DNA of 39,032 nucleotides from Promethearchaeota archaeon (GCA_016839765.1 JAEOTP010000040.1:1-39032); one strand, 5' to 3'. Counted from the first letter of the stretch, positions 17,805 to 28,238 are shown. The notes: a model not told the origin generated them from the letters alone. Numbers and translations are program-made.

Positions 17805-19976
17805 ATGTATTTGTTCAAAGATAAAGATGTACTTGAAATCCCCTATTCCTGTAAGGTATGTTTAAAAGAAATAAAATTCAAGATAACAGCCGAAGAGTAT
17901 AAAGCTGTAGTTAAATTTCCGATTAAAAAAGAAATTTTACATGGAGACCCGCCTCATAAATTAATTATTTATCTAAATCAATACTTAGAAGTAGAAAACT
18001 TCGAAATTAAGGATGTTCTAAAAGTAGAAGAAGTTGCCTATTCAGAAGAGTTAACTAAACAAGTTTTGGGTGAAATTGGTTTAAATAATGAGGAAATTGA
18101 ATTATATTTCCGGACTACAGGAAGAGAAGCAGTTTCTATTGGTGAAATGGCACTTTTAATTAATAAACCAAAGGACTATTGTGAAGGAATAGCGAAGAAA
18201 TTTGTAGAAAAGGGATTATTCAAAGAAATTGTTGGAGCGAAACCTCATTACACTGCCTTACCTCCATATGCTGCATTAATTAGCCAATTACAAAAATTTC
18301 ATAAATATATCTCTAATATAAAAGCAAGTATCCCCTCCCAATTAAATAAATCATTTACAACAATAGAAACCACACCAGCTAAAGTAGCTCCAGCAGATTC
18401 TACTATGTTAATGAAAGAACTGAAAGATAACATGCTTTCTCAAATTCGTTCTCAGAAAAAAGAATTTGATGAGACTTTGGCAGTTATGGATCAAATTAGA
18501 GGAATTACAGAAGATATTTCAAAGCTGGAAGGAACCGCTCAAACTGTAACAACAGACCAGCTAGGTGATGTATCAAAGAAATTTGAAAATATTAACCAAA
18601 AAACTAATCAAATCATTAAAGGACAGATATCAGAATTAAAAAATGAATTTGACAATATTAAATCAACTGTATCTTCAAATTTGCAGAAACTTCGGTTGGG
18701 TGTTATTTCACAAACTGTTGATCAAGTACTTGAAAAAATAATTGATGCTAAATTAAAAGAAATTTCTGATGCGGTCAATGTGCAGCTAAGTGTTAGTCAA
18801 ATGGCCTTCTCAGATGAGTTAAAAAAAGCGACAACTGGAATTGATCCAGATGTTATTGCTAAGTTAAAGGATTCCTTACAAAGTACTATTCAAAATATTG
18901 ATGGACTTGCTTCAAAAGTGGAGGAAGATAAGGAGAAAATTTATGCTGATATTGCAGAAAACTTTAATAAAGCAGTAAAAGCTGCTGAAGATAAGATTGA
19001 GGGGATATCTGGAGGGGTTATTGAATCCTTTGGTGATATGAGGGATGTGTTTTCAAATCAAATCGTTTCAACTTTAAATAGTACTTTGGATGATATATTA
19101 CAGAAATTGGAAGTATCTGAAAGAGTGACAAGTGAATTCTGGAACCAAGCAAAAAAAGGGACTGGTTTTACCATGAAAGATATTTGGTTCATCAGGTCTC
19201 CTGAAAGTGCTAAAGCTCATATCAATGATGAAATTTCGAAAGCTAAAATGCGAATACTAATTGTTGCTCCCCAGTTAACCGATATTGATATAGAAGCAAT
19301 TAAAAATCGGCCTTCTCATATTAACTTTAGAATAGCTACCAGTATTGATCCAACAAATCCAACACACCAATCAATTATTGAGCGGTTTGATAGTATGGAT
19401 AATGTGGACTATAGACATCGAGCATTGCAAAATCTTTGGGGTATTAATAAAGATTATGAAGAAGTAGTTGTATGTGTACTTTCGAAAACCGAGATTAGAG
19501 GAGATGTTGTAACTGAAATTGCTGGAATAGGGAGCATAATTGAGGAACACATTAAAATCTTTGTCCCAATATTGGAGGATGCTTGGATGTCATCTAGAAA
19601 GGAAATAGTGCATGCCGTCAAAAAAGAAATTCTTGAAAAACCTGAGGCCCCAAAACCAGCTAAAAAGGTAAAACAAAAAGTTAAGGAAGAACCTCAAAGA
19701 GAAGTTCCCACTCCAAGTGTAGAAGCTAAATCCTTATTATCAAAACAATTTGATTTAGTCTCAGATGGCCTTGATAAGATGACTGGTCTTGAAATCTCTA
19801 AAGCCTTAGAGAAATTTCAAACTGAATACATCAATAAACAGGGTTATAATAGTGTTTTAAAAAATATTAATAACACTAGCAATGACCTGAAATCAAAAAC
19901 TTATGTACTTAGCCAACCAGAGAAAGAAGATTTAAAAATGAAAATGCAATTCTGGAAACAAAAGTTAAATCTCTAA
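17805..19976 (+). CDS. Multidomain TrmB-like protein: Cys/His finger, TrmB wHTH, long coiled coil, PLD-like domain, helical tail
   Basis: CKVC..HGDPPH; GLNNEEIELY..SIGEMALL..FVEKGLF..YTALPP (TrmB HTH); ~290 aa heptad-rich region; INDEISKAKMRILIVAP..LWGINKDYEEVVV (PLD-like, no HKD). Confidence 0.7.
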   Translation: MYLFKDKDVLEIPYSCKVCLKEIKFKITAEEYKAVVKFPIKKEILHGDPPHKLIIYLNQYLEVENFEIKDVLKVEEVAYSEELTKQVLGEIGLNNEEIELYFRTTGREAVSIGEMALLINKPKDYCEGIAKKFVEKGLFKEIVGAKPHYTALPPYAALISQLQKFHKYISNIKASIPSQLNKSFTTIETTPAKVAPADSTMLMKELKDNMLSQIRSQKKEFDETLAVMDQIRGITEDISKLEGTAQTVTTDQLGDVSKKFENINQKTNQIIKGQISELKNEFDNIKSTVSSNLQKLRLGVISQTVDQVLEKIIDAKLKEISDAVNVQLSVSQMAFSDELKKATTGIDPDVIAKLKDSLQSTIQNIDGLASKVEEDKEKIYADIAENFNKAVKAAEDKIEGISGGVIESFGDMRDVFSNQIVSTLNSTLDDILQKLEVSERVTSEFWNQAKKGTGFTMKDIWFIRSPESAKAHINDEISKAKMRILIVAPQLTDIDIEAIKNRPSHINFRIATSIDPTNPTHQSIIERFDSMDNVDYRHRALQNLWGINKDYEEVVVCVLSKTEIRGDVVTEIAGIGSIIEEHIKIFVPILEDAWMSSRKEIVHAVKKEILEKPEAPKPAKKVKQKVKEEPQREVPTPSVEAKSLLSKQFDLVSDGLDKMTGLEISKALEKFQTEYINKQGYNSVLKNINNTSNDLKSKTYVLSQPEKEDLKMKMQFWKQKLNL

Positions 19977-19977
19977 A

Positions 19978-20012
19978 TATTTATTTTTTATCAATATTTT
20001 ATTTTATTTTTA
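19978..20012 (+). terminator. T-rich terminator candidate after the TrmB-like gene
   Basis: Several oligo-T runs immediately after the stop codon. Confidence 0.35.
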
Positions 20013-20066
20013 GAAGTTTTATTCTAAAAGAGAATAATTCATATTAGATATATAATTTCCTTTTTT

Positions 20067-21098
20067 ATGGTACAAGAACTAATTACTGTGAATTCAGGGA
20101 AAATCAATGATTATCTCCATCATATAGACGCAAAAGCTTATGGACAACCGCGTAGACTATCAGTGTACCTAGCTGAATTTGATGATTGTTCAATCCTATT
20201 TGATTGTGGTTCATCTCTAGAGGTAAACAAATTAATAAGATATTTTAAAAAAAACCAAATTCGTTTAGACTCGTTTAAGTATCTTGTTCCATCTCATCAT
20301 CATTTTGATCATGCGGGAGGAATGCATCTTCTATATGATATATTGAAAAAACATAACCCCGATATTAAAATTTTGACAAATCAGAAGACTAAAGAGTTAC
20401 TTAATAACTATAAACCTCATTTAAGTAGAGCAAGGCGAACTTATAGTAATCTAGTTGGTACTATGAGCCCTATTGATGATGCTGCCTTTGAAATTATAGA
20501 GCCTAGTGCCAAATTTTATTCTGATCCTAATAAGCTTGAAATAATTAATAGGTTTTTAAAGAATGGAGAAGAACTCAAATTATGCATATTAAAAACACCA
20601 GGACACGTTCCCGATCATCAAACACCTTTATTTGTTAAAGATAGTGAAATTGATTTCATTTATTTAGGAGAAGCATCAGGAACAATTTATAACACATCAA
20701 AGTTATTAACAATGCCAGTCTCGATGCCCATATTTTATAATCATGCAGAATATATGCAAACACTGAGTAATCTTAAAAAAATTACTCCATTAAAAGCTGG
20801 TTTTGGGCATTTTGGAGTTATAAATGGTAAAGAAAATGTACGTAGAGTATTATTGGAACATGAAGAATTTATAACATTCTTCAAAGAAAGTATAATTAAA
20901 TATTATAACGAGAAACCAGAAACAAAATACGTTTTAAGTAAGGTAATGTCATTATTAAGTCCTAGAACAGATTTACCTTTTGAGTATGCGTCTATTTTTA
21001 ATGGAGTTGCATTAGGAATTGTATATGGTATGATGATATCATTAGGTTTTCGCTCTATTTCCGAACAGGAAAAGAAATTTTTTAAACGTTATTCTTAA
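20067..21098 (+). CDS. MBL-fold metallo-hydrolase
   Basis: LFDCG, SHHHFDHAGG (HxHxDH), TPGHVPDH, GFGH. Confidence 0.92.
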   Translation: MVQELITVNSGKINDYLHHIDAKAYGQPRRLSVYLAEFDDCSILFDCGSSLEVNKLIRYFKKNQIRLDSFKYLVPSHHHFDHAGGMHLLYDILKKHNPDIKILTNQKTKELLNNYKPHLSRARRTYSNLVGTMSPIDDAAFEIIEPSAKFYSDPNKLEIINRFLKNGEELKLCILKTPGHVPDHQTPLFVKDSEIDFIYLGEASGTIYNTSKLLTMPVSMPIFYNHAEYMQTLSNLKKITPLKAGFGHFGVINGKENVRRVLLEHEEFITFFKESIIKYYNEKPETKYVLSKVMSLLSPRTDLPFEYASIFNGVALGIVYGMMISLGFRSISEQEKKFFKRYS

Positions 21099-21141
21099 TT
21101 TCTCATTTTAAATAATTTTTCCCGAAAACTTATAATTTTTA

Positions 21142-22362
21142 ATGTTATACAATCTCTTAATGGGCAGTAATTTCGAATATTTTGATATTTGCATCATTGG
21201 TGGTAGTATCGCGGGGAATTATTTGTGTTATTTATTAGCTAATACAAACTTAAAAATATCAATTATCGAGGAGCATCAACAAATTGGTTTACCATTTCAA
21301 TGTGCAGGAATTGTTTCCCAAAAACTAGCAAAGATAACACAAATTCCCAAAGAAATAATTCTAAATCGGGTTAAAATAGCCAAGATTATTTCACCCTCAG
21401 GAAAGCTTATTAAACTTTCTGGAGATGAGCATCCTTTCATCATTGATCGAGTGGGTTTAGACAAATATTTTTATGATAAGATTAAGGATAATCCTAATAT
21501 TGTCTACTTTCTTGGGGAAAAATTCAAAACTTTCAAATATATTAATAAAAGTAGTAAAAAACATATAGTAATTGAAACTTCTAAGCGAGTTATTAAAGCA
21601 AAAATGTTAATCGGGTGTGATGGACCGTTATCTCTAGTTGGAAAACACCTGGATATACAAAATGAAATTCTTTATGCCATGCAAATCCGTGTTAAAGGAA
21701 AATTTGATGAAAATGAAGCGGTTTTATATTTTAACCAAAAATGGAAAGAACTATTTGGCTGGATTGTACCTGAAGGAAATAAAGTTTATCGAGTAGGCCT
21801 AGCGACCTCACCACCTATTAAAAGAAAATTAATTTATTTCTTAAAAGAAATTGGGGTTAAATTTGAACAAAAGATTGACCAACAAGGAGGTATGATTCCT
21901 TTCGGTTTAATGAATAAATTAGCTTTCAATAATATTCTATTACTTGGAGATGCAGCAGGTCAAGTAAAAGCTACTACTGGTGGAGGAATAATTATGTTGT
22001 TAACAGCAGCAAAATTAGCTTCAAATTGTATAAAACTGTGCTTTAAAGAAAATGATTTCTCAAAAAGTTTTATTAAGAAAAAGTATGAAAAACCTTGCCA
22101 ATTTTCAATAGGTAAAGAATTAAAGACGCATTACTTAATAAGGCTTATTTTAGAGAGGTTTTCTGATAAAGATTTTGAAACTTTTTTTAAAGTAATTAAA
22201 ACACATCATATAGAAAATTTAATTTCTATATATGGCGATATGGATTTTCCAACAAAAATGTTAATTGAAATTATTAAAAATCCAATGGTATTAAAATTTT
22301 TATTTCAGTTTGTAATTAAAAATCCGTTTATATTGTTTAAAGCTTTGAGATTACTGAAATGA
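21142..22362 (+). CDS. Geranylgeranyl reductase family flavoprotein (DGGR-like)
   Basis: IIGGSIAG, IGLPFQCAG, IGCDG, FGWIVP, LLLGDAAGQVKATTGGGI. Confidence 0.9.
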   Translation: MLYNLLMGSNFEYFDICIIGGSIAGNYLCYLLANTNLKISIIEEHQQIGLPFQCAGIVSQKLAKITQIPKEIILNRVKIAKIISPSGKLIKLSGDEHPFIIDRVGLDKYFYDKIKDNPNIVYFLGEKFKTFKYINKSSKKHIVIETSKRVIKAKMLIGCDGPLSLVGKHLDIQNEILYAMQIRVKGKFDENEAVLYFNQKWKELFGWIVPEGNKVYRVGLATSPPIKRKLIYFLKEIGVKFEQKIDQQGGMIPFGLMNKLAFNNILLLGDAAGQVKATTGGGIIMLLTAAKLASNCIKLCFKENDFSKSFIKKKYEKPCQFSIGKELKTHYLIRLILERFSDKDFETFFKVIKTHHIENLISIYGDMDFPTKMLIEIIKNPMVLKFLFQFVIKNPFILFKALRLLK

Positions 22363-22492
22363 AAAGCATCTTTACTTCTTTAATTCTCTTGATGAAAATA
22401 TAAATCTTTATTATTGAATAAATTAAACTATATACTAATATGACTTAACTGGTCTTTTTTATTATCATATCTTACAATTATGTGAAAAAATC

Positions 22493-23668
22493 ATGGAATG
22501 TAGAGAAAGAGTTCTTGCGACTCTAAATTTAGAAGAACCAGATCGTGTACCAAGTCATACGATATATATTGATGCGAATAATGTTGATAATATTCTTGGG
22601 AAACCTCAAATATCAGATTTTGATACATTAGAACAAATAAAGCGCGAAAATCCCGAGAATTGGAGGGAAGAAATGTCCAATTTACTTGAAAGTGTAGAAA
22701 CATCTGTTTTTTCTCGATGTGTTGAAGCTGCGATCAACGTTGGACTTGATTGTATGCAAGTAGGTATAATTCCCCTAGAATTTGTTGATGTTCCTGATGA
22801 TAAAAGAGATCTTATGAAAGACATATTTGGACGTATTTGGGAAGCAAAAAATAATGAGGGTAATTTTAATCCTTATTATTTATATGGTACTATGAATTCA
22901 CTTGAGAAATGGAAAGAAACTAAAGAAAACATTCAAGGCCCAATGACAGAGAAATATACTAAAATAGTGAAGAAATTTTATCGTCGAATAAATAAGAAGC
23001 ATAAAGATAAAATATTTGTTATTGTAACAAATGATTTAGCTGGTGTATTCGAAAGCGCCTCTCAAGGTATGGGTATGACGTACTATTCAAGAATGCTTCA
23101 TAAAAATCCAAGATTTATTAAAGAAGTTCATGAAGTTGTAGCCGAATTTACCGCAGAATGCTATAAAAGCTATATGGAAGCAGCTGCAGAAGTCTTTGTT
23201 GAGTCAGGAGACTTAGCATACCATACAGGCCCAATGATGAGTCCAAAAAAGTTTAATGAACTACTTTTACCAGCATACAAGATAATAACTGATACTGTTC
23301 ATGAGCGAGGAGGAAAAATAGTTCTCCATACGGATGGGCAAATTACTCCTCTATTAGATTTTATAATTGATTGCGGATTTGATGGCCTACACAGCCTTGA
23401 ACCTACTGCCAATGTTGATTTAGCGTTAGTTAAAAAGAAAGTAGGAGATAAATTATGCTTATTGGGTAACATAGATGTTGCACATGTCTTAACCTATGGA
23501 ACTAAACAGGAAGTTTATGATGCTGTTAAATATGCTATTAAAACAGCTGGGCCAGGAGGGGGTTTTATTGTGAGTGCTGCAAATATGCATCCGGCCGTGA
23601 AAGCCCCAAACTTACGCTGGATGGTTAAAGCAACAAAAGAATTTGGTAAATATCCTCTTAGATTCTAA
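22493..23668 (+). CDS. Uroporphyrinogen decarboxylase / MtaA-CmuA-like family protein
   Basis: RERV..EPDRVP, GPMMSPKKF, LHTDG, LLGNID, GPGGGFIVS. Confidence 0.88.
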   Translation: MECRERVLATLNLEEPDRVPSHTIYIDANNVDNILGKPQISDFDTLEQIKRENPENWREEMSNLLESVETSVFSRCVEAAINVGLDCMQVGIIPLEFVDVPDDKRDLMKDIFGRIWEAKNNEGNFNPYYLYGTMNSLEKWKETKENIQGPMTEKYTKIVKKFYRRINKKHKDKIFVIVTNDLAGVFESASQGMGMTYYSRMLHKNPRFIKEVHEVVAEFTAECYKSYMEAAAEVFVESGDLAYHTGPMMSPKKFNELLLPAYKIITDTVHERGGKIVLHTDGQITPLLDFIIDCGFDGLHSLEPTANVDLALVKKKVGDKLCLLGNIDVAHVLTYGTKQEVYDAVKYAIKTAGPGGGFIVSAANMHPAVKAPNLRWMVKATKEFGKYPLRF

Positions 23669-23791
23669 AAATAAAGTTAAAAATAGTTTAAAAAAATTTC
23701 ACTTTCTAATTCTAATTTTTAAAATCAATAAAACTATAAAAATATCAAAATCAAAAATAAATTATCAAAATTATATAAAATTTAACTAAAA

Positions 23792-25183
23792 ATGAGTAAT
23801 ATAAAACGTACTAGTGAAAAAATTTCAACAAAAACCACGATTTTTTATAGTTTTGCTGGGATTGCTGACACAATGTCCTATCAGATGTTTACATTCTATA
23901 TTTTCAACTTTTATTTTGCTGTAAAACAACTACCACTCGAATGGGTTACATTTGGCTTTATTATATGGACAATTTGGAATGCGATTAATGACCCTCTTCT
24001 AGGAGCGTGGTCAGATCGTACAATCTCTAAATGGGGTCGAAGAAAGCCTTGGATAATTGTTGGGTTAATAGCATTAACCGCTCTTGTGATATTAGTGTGG
24101 ACACCTCCATCTGGCTCAATTACAATTGAAATAGTATATTTTATGATTATCATTAATATCTTTGATTTCTTCTATACAATGTATAGTTTAAATCAAACCT
24201 CTCTATTCCCAGAAATGTTCGTAGATTTAGAACAAAGAGCGAAAGCTAACAACTATGTACAAATTTTCAATATAATTGGATTACTCTTCGCAGCATTAAT
24301 TCCCTCATTTTTCGTATCAGAGCAAGTAGAACCTGGACATGAAATGGAATACATAACAGCATCAGTAGTTATGGCTATATTGGTGGCTTTATTTGGAGTA
24401 ATTTTTATTACTTTAGGATTAAAAGAAAGAAAAGAATATTCAAAAGATCCTGAAAAAGCACCATCTTTCTTCAAATCAATAAAATTTACTTTTAAAAATA
24501 AAGCTTTTACAACTTACGTTATTACTAATTTAGCTGTGTGGTATGTTTTTGGGATTTTTCCAATAATTAGTCCATATTTCCTAAGATTTATTTTAGATAT
24601 CAAGGACGGTTTGATTCAATCTCTATTTTTGGCAATTATATTTGTTTCAGCAATAGGATTTACAGTTATTTGGAGTAAAGTATTTGCAAAAAAAGGAGCT
24701 AAAAAAGCTGAATTAATAGCTTTATTTTCCCTAATAATTACAATGGTTCCATTCCTTATAGTATGGGAAATAATCGGAGCAATCATAGCTTATATTGTTG
24801 TTGGGTTTGGTTTTGCGGGAATTATGTTTGGAAGAGATGTTATGATGAGTACAATAATTGATAAAGATGAGATTGATACAGGAGTAAGACGTGAAGGAGC
24901 TTATTATGGTGTTAATGCCCTTATTATACGACTGTCAACAATAGCAGTATATTTATCAATCTTTACAGTCTTCAATAATATAGGATGGAAGATTTACGAT
25001 CCCACGGTGGTAACAGATTGGACAATAATCGGGTTAAGATTTTTGATGTGTTTATTTCCAGCAATAGGTTTATGTTTAGGTGCTATATCTTTATGGAGAT
25101 TTCCGATAACTAGAGAGAAATATGAGGAAATAAAAGGTAAACTAGAAGAACTCCATGGAGAAAAAGTAGGAAAAGTATCTTAA
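23792..25183 (+). CDS. MFS transporter, GPH (MelB-like glycoside:cation symporter) family
   Basis: WNAINDPLLGAWSDRT.SKWGRRKPW and DEIDTGVRREGAYYG; about 12 TM segments. Confidence 0.92.
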   Translation: MSNIKRTSEKISTKTTIFYSFAGIADTMSYQMFTFYIFNFYFAVKQLPLEWVTFGFIIWTIWNAINDPLLGAWSDRTISKWGRRKPWIIVGLIALTALVILVWTPPSGSITIEIVYFMIIINIFDFFYTMYSLNQTSLFPEMFVDLEQRAKANNYVQIFNIIGLLFAALIPSFFVSEQVEPGHEMEYITASVVMAILVALFGVIFITLGLKERKEYSKDPEKAPSFFKSIKFTFKNKAFTTYVITNLAVWYVFGIFPIISPYFLRFILDIKDGLIQSLFLAIIFVSAIGFTVIWSKVFAKKGAKKAELIALFSLIITMVPFLIVWEIIGAIIAYIVVGFGFAGIMFGRDVMMSTIIDKDEIDTGVRREGAYYGVNALIIRLSTIAVYLSIFTVFNNIGWKIYDPTVVTDWTIIGLRFLMCLFPAIGLCLGAISLWRFPITREKYEEIKGKLEELHGEKVGKVS

Positions 25184-25195
25184 TTTTAATCTAAT

Positions 25196-25242
25196 TATTT
25201 ATTTTTTCACTTTTTTTTTTATTTCTTATTTAATTTTGTTTT
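25196..25242 (+). terminator. T-rich terminator candidate between convergent genes
   Basis: Includes a T10 run at 25211-25220 downstream of the MFS stop. Confidence 0.4.
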
Positions 25243-25250
25243 TAATAGGA

Positions 25251-25625
25251 TTAGGGAGGAATCATAGAGAAAAAGGCAATCTCATTAAATAGGATATACC
25301 ATAAAACCATAAATACAATTACTATGATTGAAGAGACAAGTCCAAAACCTTTCACACCCTTAGGTATTCCCAAATCTTCATTTTTTCTCTGAACTATCGC
25401 TCTTATCATAGCAACAATATAAATTAAAGTAACAACTAAAGAAATAATCCATAAGAACAACGTAAATAAAGGAATTGTATATACAGGTCTTCCGTCCATT
25501 GTGAATGAATTTAACCATTGCCAATAGCTTACAATTAAGTAAGTAGGAATTGAGCTATAAATTGCAGCAGTTAAAAAGAATACAAAGCTCCATAAAAAAC
25601 CTTTAGCTGAGGACATGGTGATCAA
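25251..25625 (-). CDS. Hypothetical 3-TM membrane protein
   Basis: Three hydrophobic segments; no recognised motif. Confidence 0.7.
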   Translation of the reverse strand: MITMSSAKGFLWSFVFFLTAAIYSSIPTYLIVSYWQWLNSFTMDGRPVYTIPLFTLFLWIISLVVTLIYIVAMIRAIVQRKNEDLGIPKGVKGFGLVSSIIVIVFMVLWYILFNEIAFFSMIPP

Positions 25626-25755
25626 AATTTTTTTTATTTGTTAATTTCTGATCTCTCTCTATTTTATTTAATATATTTTCTATAATTTATAAGATTTTTA
25701 TCTATAAGTTTCATACATTCTGATCTAAGTAAAAATAAAAATAAAAAAAAGAATT

Positions 25756-27453
25756 TTAAAAAAATCCTAGCAAAAATTCTAAACCACTTTGAGGTTGTGA
25801 TACTGTTATAATCAAAAATGTTGTTAAAAGGGCATTTATTATTGCTCCTGTAATGATATTTCCTGTCTTTTTATATGTTATTATAAAGACTGAAGAATAT
25901 AGCGTAAACATAACTAGAGCTATTGGAATGAAAACTCCAAAATAAAAGAAACTTCTTACCATAACACCTAGAATTAGCAGATATGTAAAATAATGCAGGA
26001 ACGGAAACACAAAACCTAAAAGTACAACTTTTAAGATATTTTTTAGAGAATTTGTGAATTTATTTTGAATTATTACTTGCATTAAAAGGGAATAAATTAT
26101 ATTTATAAAGAAGCAAATAATAAAATAGATGGGGATTGTCCAAATTTTAACTACTGAGGGAAGCAGTGCGAAATAATTCAATCCTATTGATAAATAGGAA
26201 ATGATATATAATATTGCTGCTAAAATTGTACCTAAAGCTAATCGTTTTAAAAATTTAATTTTTCCCTTGAATACATTCTTTAGCATTTCGGTAATAGGCA
26301 CTCTTACGTGTTTTCCTATCCTCCAGAGTAATATTATAATTCCAAAAGTTTGACCAAATAATAAAGCAACAATAAATCCAGCTATAGCTAAAGGAAGGAT
26401 TAATAGGATAGGTATGAAAATTATAAAACCTGGAATAGCAAGTAAAAATGAGTAAATTATAGTTCTAATTGATAAGTTTTTAATTGAAATATCTGGTGTA
26501 TCAATTTTATAAATTTCCAATTTTATTTCTCTATCTCTCTCTTCTTTTGATTGGATTATTAGTTTAGAAAAGGGTTCAATGATTAAAAAGAAAAATCCAA
26601 TACCTCCAACCACCTGTATCAACAATATAATTGCTCTAATGTTAACATAGAAGTTCTCATCCATTACATCGATATTGAATGAATTTATCGCCCAATCTCG
26701 TGCTACTCGTATAAAATCTGCATCCCAAGCAAGTTTTAGATGATTGCTATCATCATCTAAGTAAATCATTGTAGCATTGCCTTGTTGGAATGAACCATAT
26801 ATCTTATTTGAATCTACATTTGAAACGGAAATACCTACTCGAGTTGCCACACTTTCCTTTATTTCAGATAGCTCAATTGCTTCATCAAATAATGCTTGTA
26901 TCATAAGAATATGTAATGGATTAGTTGAATTACCTCTTCTTAGAGTAGGATATAACCAAGTTCCTATTCCAATAAAACATATGAAGTCTGAATCATTATG
27001 TACTACACTCTGACCTAAACCTCCCATACTATATCCAATATATCCTAACGAATTCATGTCAATATCCCCCCTAGAATTTAGATAATCTTTAATCGCAAGT
27101 ATGTCTTTATACATTGCTTCACTATCTCCAGAGGAGCTTTGACCAAAATTTCTAAAATCAAATGGAACCGCAACAAAGCCTGCTGCAGCTAATTCTATCG
27201 CGTAGCCTTTTAATATTTCTTTATTTGCCATAAATCCATGCCCAATTATGAACGCTGGTTTGTTTAATCCACCTTCTCTGGGTTCAAAAACATTGAATGA
27301 AATAGCTATACCATCATCAGTAGTAGTTGCAAGTCCATAAGTACTTTTAACACTGAAGGGTGTTAAAAAAATAAAAACAGTACCAATGATAAAAACTGCT
27401 AGAAAGATGCAAATTAATGTAATTCTTTTTTTTGTTAGATCAAGTTTATTCAT
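25756..27453 (-). CDS. Membrane-anchored alpha/beta hydrolase with multi-TM C-terminal domain
   Basis: N-terminal TM, IIGHGF oxyanion strand, FDFRNFGQS, GYSMG nucleophile elbow, candidate Asp (FDEAI) and His (SNHL); roughly 8-9 C-terminal TMs. Confidence 0.85.
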   Translation of the reverse strand: MNKLDLTKKRITLICIFLAVFIIGTVFIFLTPFSVKSTYGLATTTDDGIAISFNVFEPREGGLNKPAFIIGHGFMANKEILKGYAIELAAAGFVAVPFDFRNFGQSSSGDSEAMYKDILAIKDYLNSRGDIDMNSLGYIGYSMGGLGQSVVHNDSDFICFIGIGTWLYPTLRRGNSTNPLHILMIQALFDEAIELSEIKESVATRVGISVSNVDSNKIYGSFQQGNATMIYLDDDSNHLKLAWDADFIRVARDWAINSFNIDVMDENFYVNIRAIILLIQVVGGIGFFFLIIEPFSKLIIQSKEERDREIKLEIYKIDTPDISIKNLSIRTIIYSFLLAIPGFIIFIPILLILPLAIAGFIVALLFGQTFGIIILLWRIGKHVRVPITEMLKNVFKGKIKFLKRLALGTILAAILYIISYLSIGLNYFALLPSVVKIWTIPIYFIICFFINIIYSLLMQVIIQNKFTNSLKNILKVVLLGFVFPFLHYFTYLLILGVMVRSFFYFGVFIPIALVMFTLYSSVFIITYKKTGNIITGAIINALLTTFLIITVSQPQSGLEFLLGFF

Positions 27454-27580
27454 AATTTATTATTTCAACCTTATTTTATTTAAAAGAATTAGTTTTTAAC
27501 TTTATTTCCAGTTATATGGTTTTTTATCAATTAAAGATGTCCTAATTTTTTATTAATATAAGGTTTTTATCTTTCAAAAA

Positions 27581-27614
27581 ATCTAATTAAATTAATAATC
27601 TAATTAAATTAATA
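27581..27614 (+). repeat. Perfect 17-bp tandem duplication (ATCTAATTAAATTAATA x2)
   Basis: Copies at 27581-27597 and 27598-27614, 19 nt before the SatP start. Confidence 0.85.
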
Positions 27615-27633
27615 ATAGAAGAGTAAAAGAAAA

Positions 27634-28194
27634 ATGAATGATGAATTGGCAAATCCAGCACCCCTTGGTCTGATGGGGTTTGGTATGACTACTGTACTAC
27701 TCAATCTTCATAATGCTGGTTTATATACTTTAGGGACTATGATTTTAAGTATGGGAATATTTTATGGAGGAATTGCCCAAATAATTGCTGGTATTATGGA
27801 ATATAAGAAAGGAAATACTTTCGGGACAACAGCTTTTACATCCTATGGATTGTTTTGGTTGACATTAGTCTTTTTAAATATTTTACCAAATACAGGATTA
27901 TGGAATGTACCACCAGAGACATTTGCTATAGGATCTTATCTTTTGATGTGGGGATTATTTACTTTATTTATGTTTTTTGGAACATTAAAAAGGAATAGGG
28001 CTCTCCAGGTCGTCTTTTTAAGTTTAGCTATATTATTTTTTCTACTAGCTATTGGTGACTTTACTGGTATATCGTTAATTAAAATCATAGCGGGATATGA
28101 AGGAATATTGTGTGGTTCAAGTGCAATTTATTTGGCAATAGCAGAAATTATAAATGAATCATATGGAAGAAAAATTCTTCCAATTGGTGATTAA
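27634..28194 (+). CDS. satP: Acetate uptake transporter, GPR1/FUN34/YaaH (SatP) family
   Basis: Signature [22 protein letters not shown] and [16 protein letters not shown]; 6 TMs. Confidence 0.95.
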   Translation: MNDELANPAPLGLMGFGMTTVLLNLHNAGLYTLGTMILSMGIFYGGIAQIIAGIMEYKKGNTFGTTAFTSYGLFWLTLVFLNILPNTGLWNVPPETFAIGSYLLMWGLFTLFMFFGTLKRNRALQVVFLSLAILFFLLAIGDFTGISLIKIIAGYEGILCGSSAIYLAIAEIINESYGRKILPIGD

Positions 28195-28238
28195 TTAGCA
28201 ATTATTCCGCTATTTTTTTTATATATTTTTTTTTAAGA

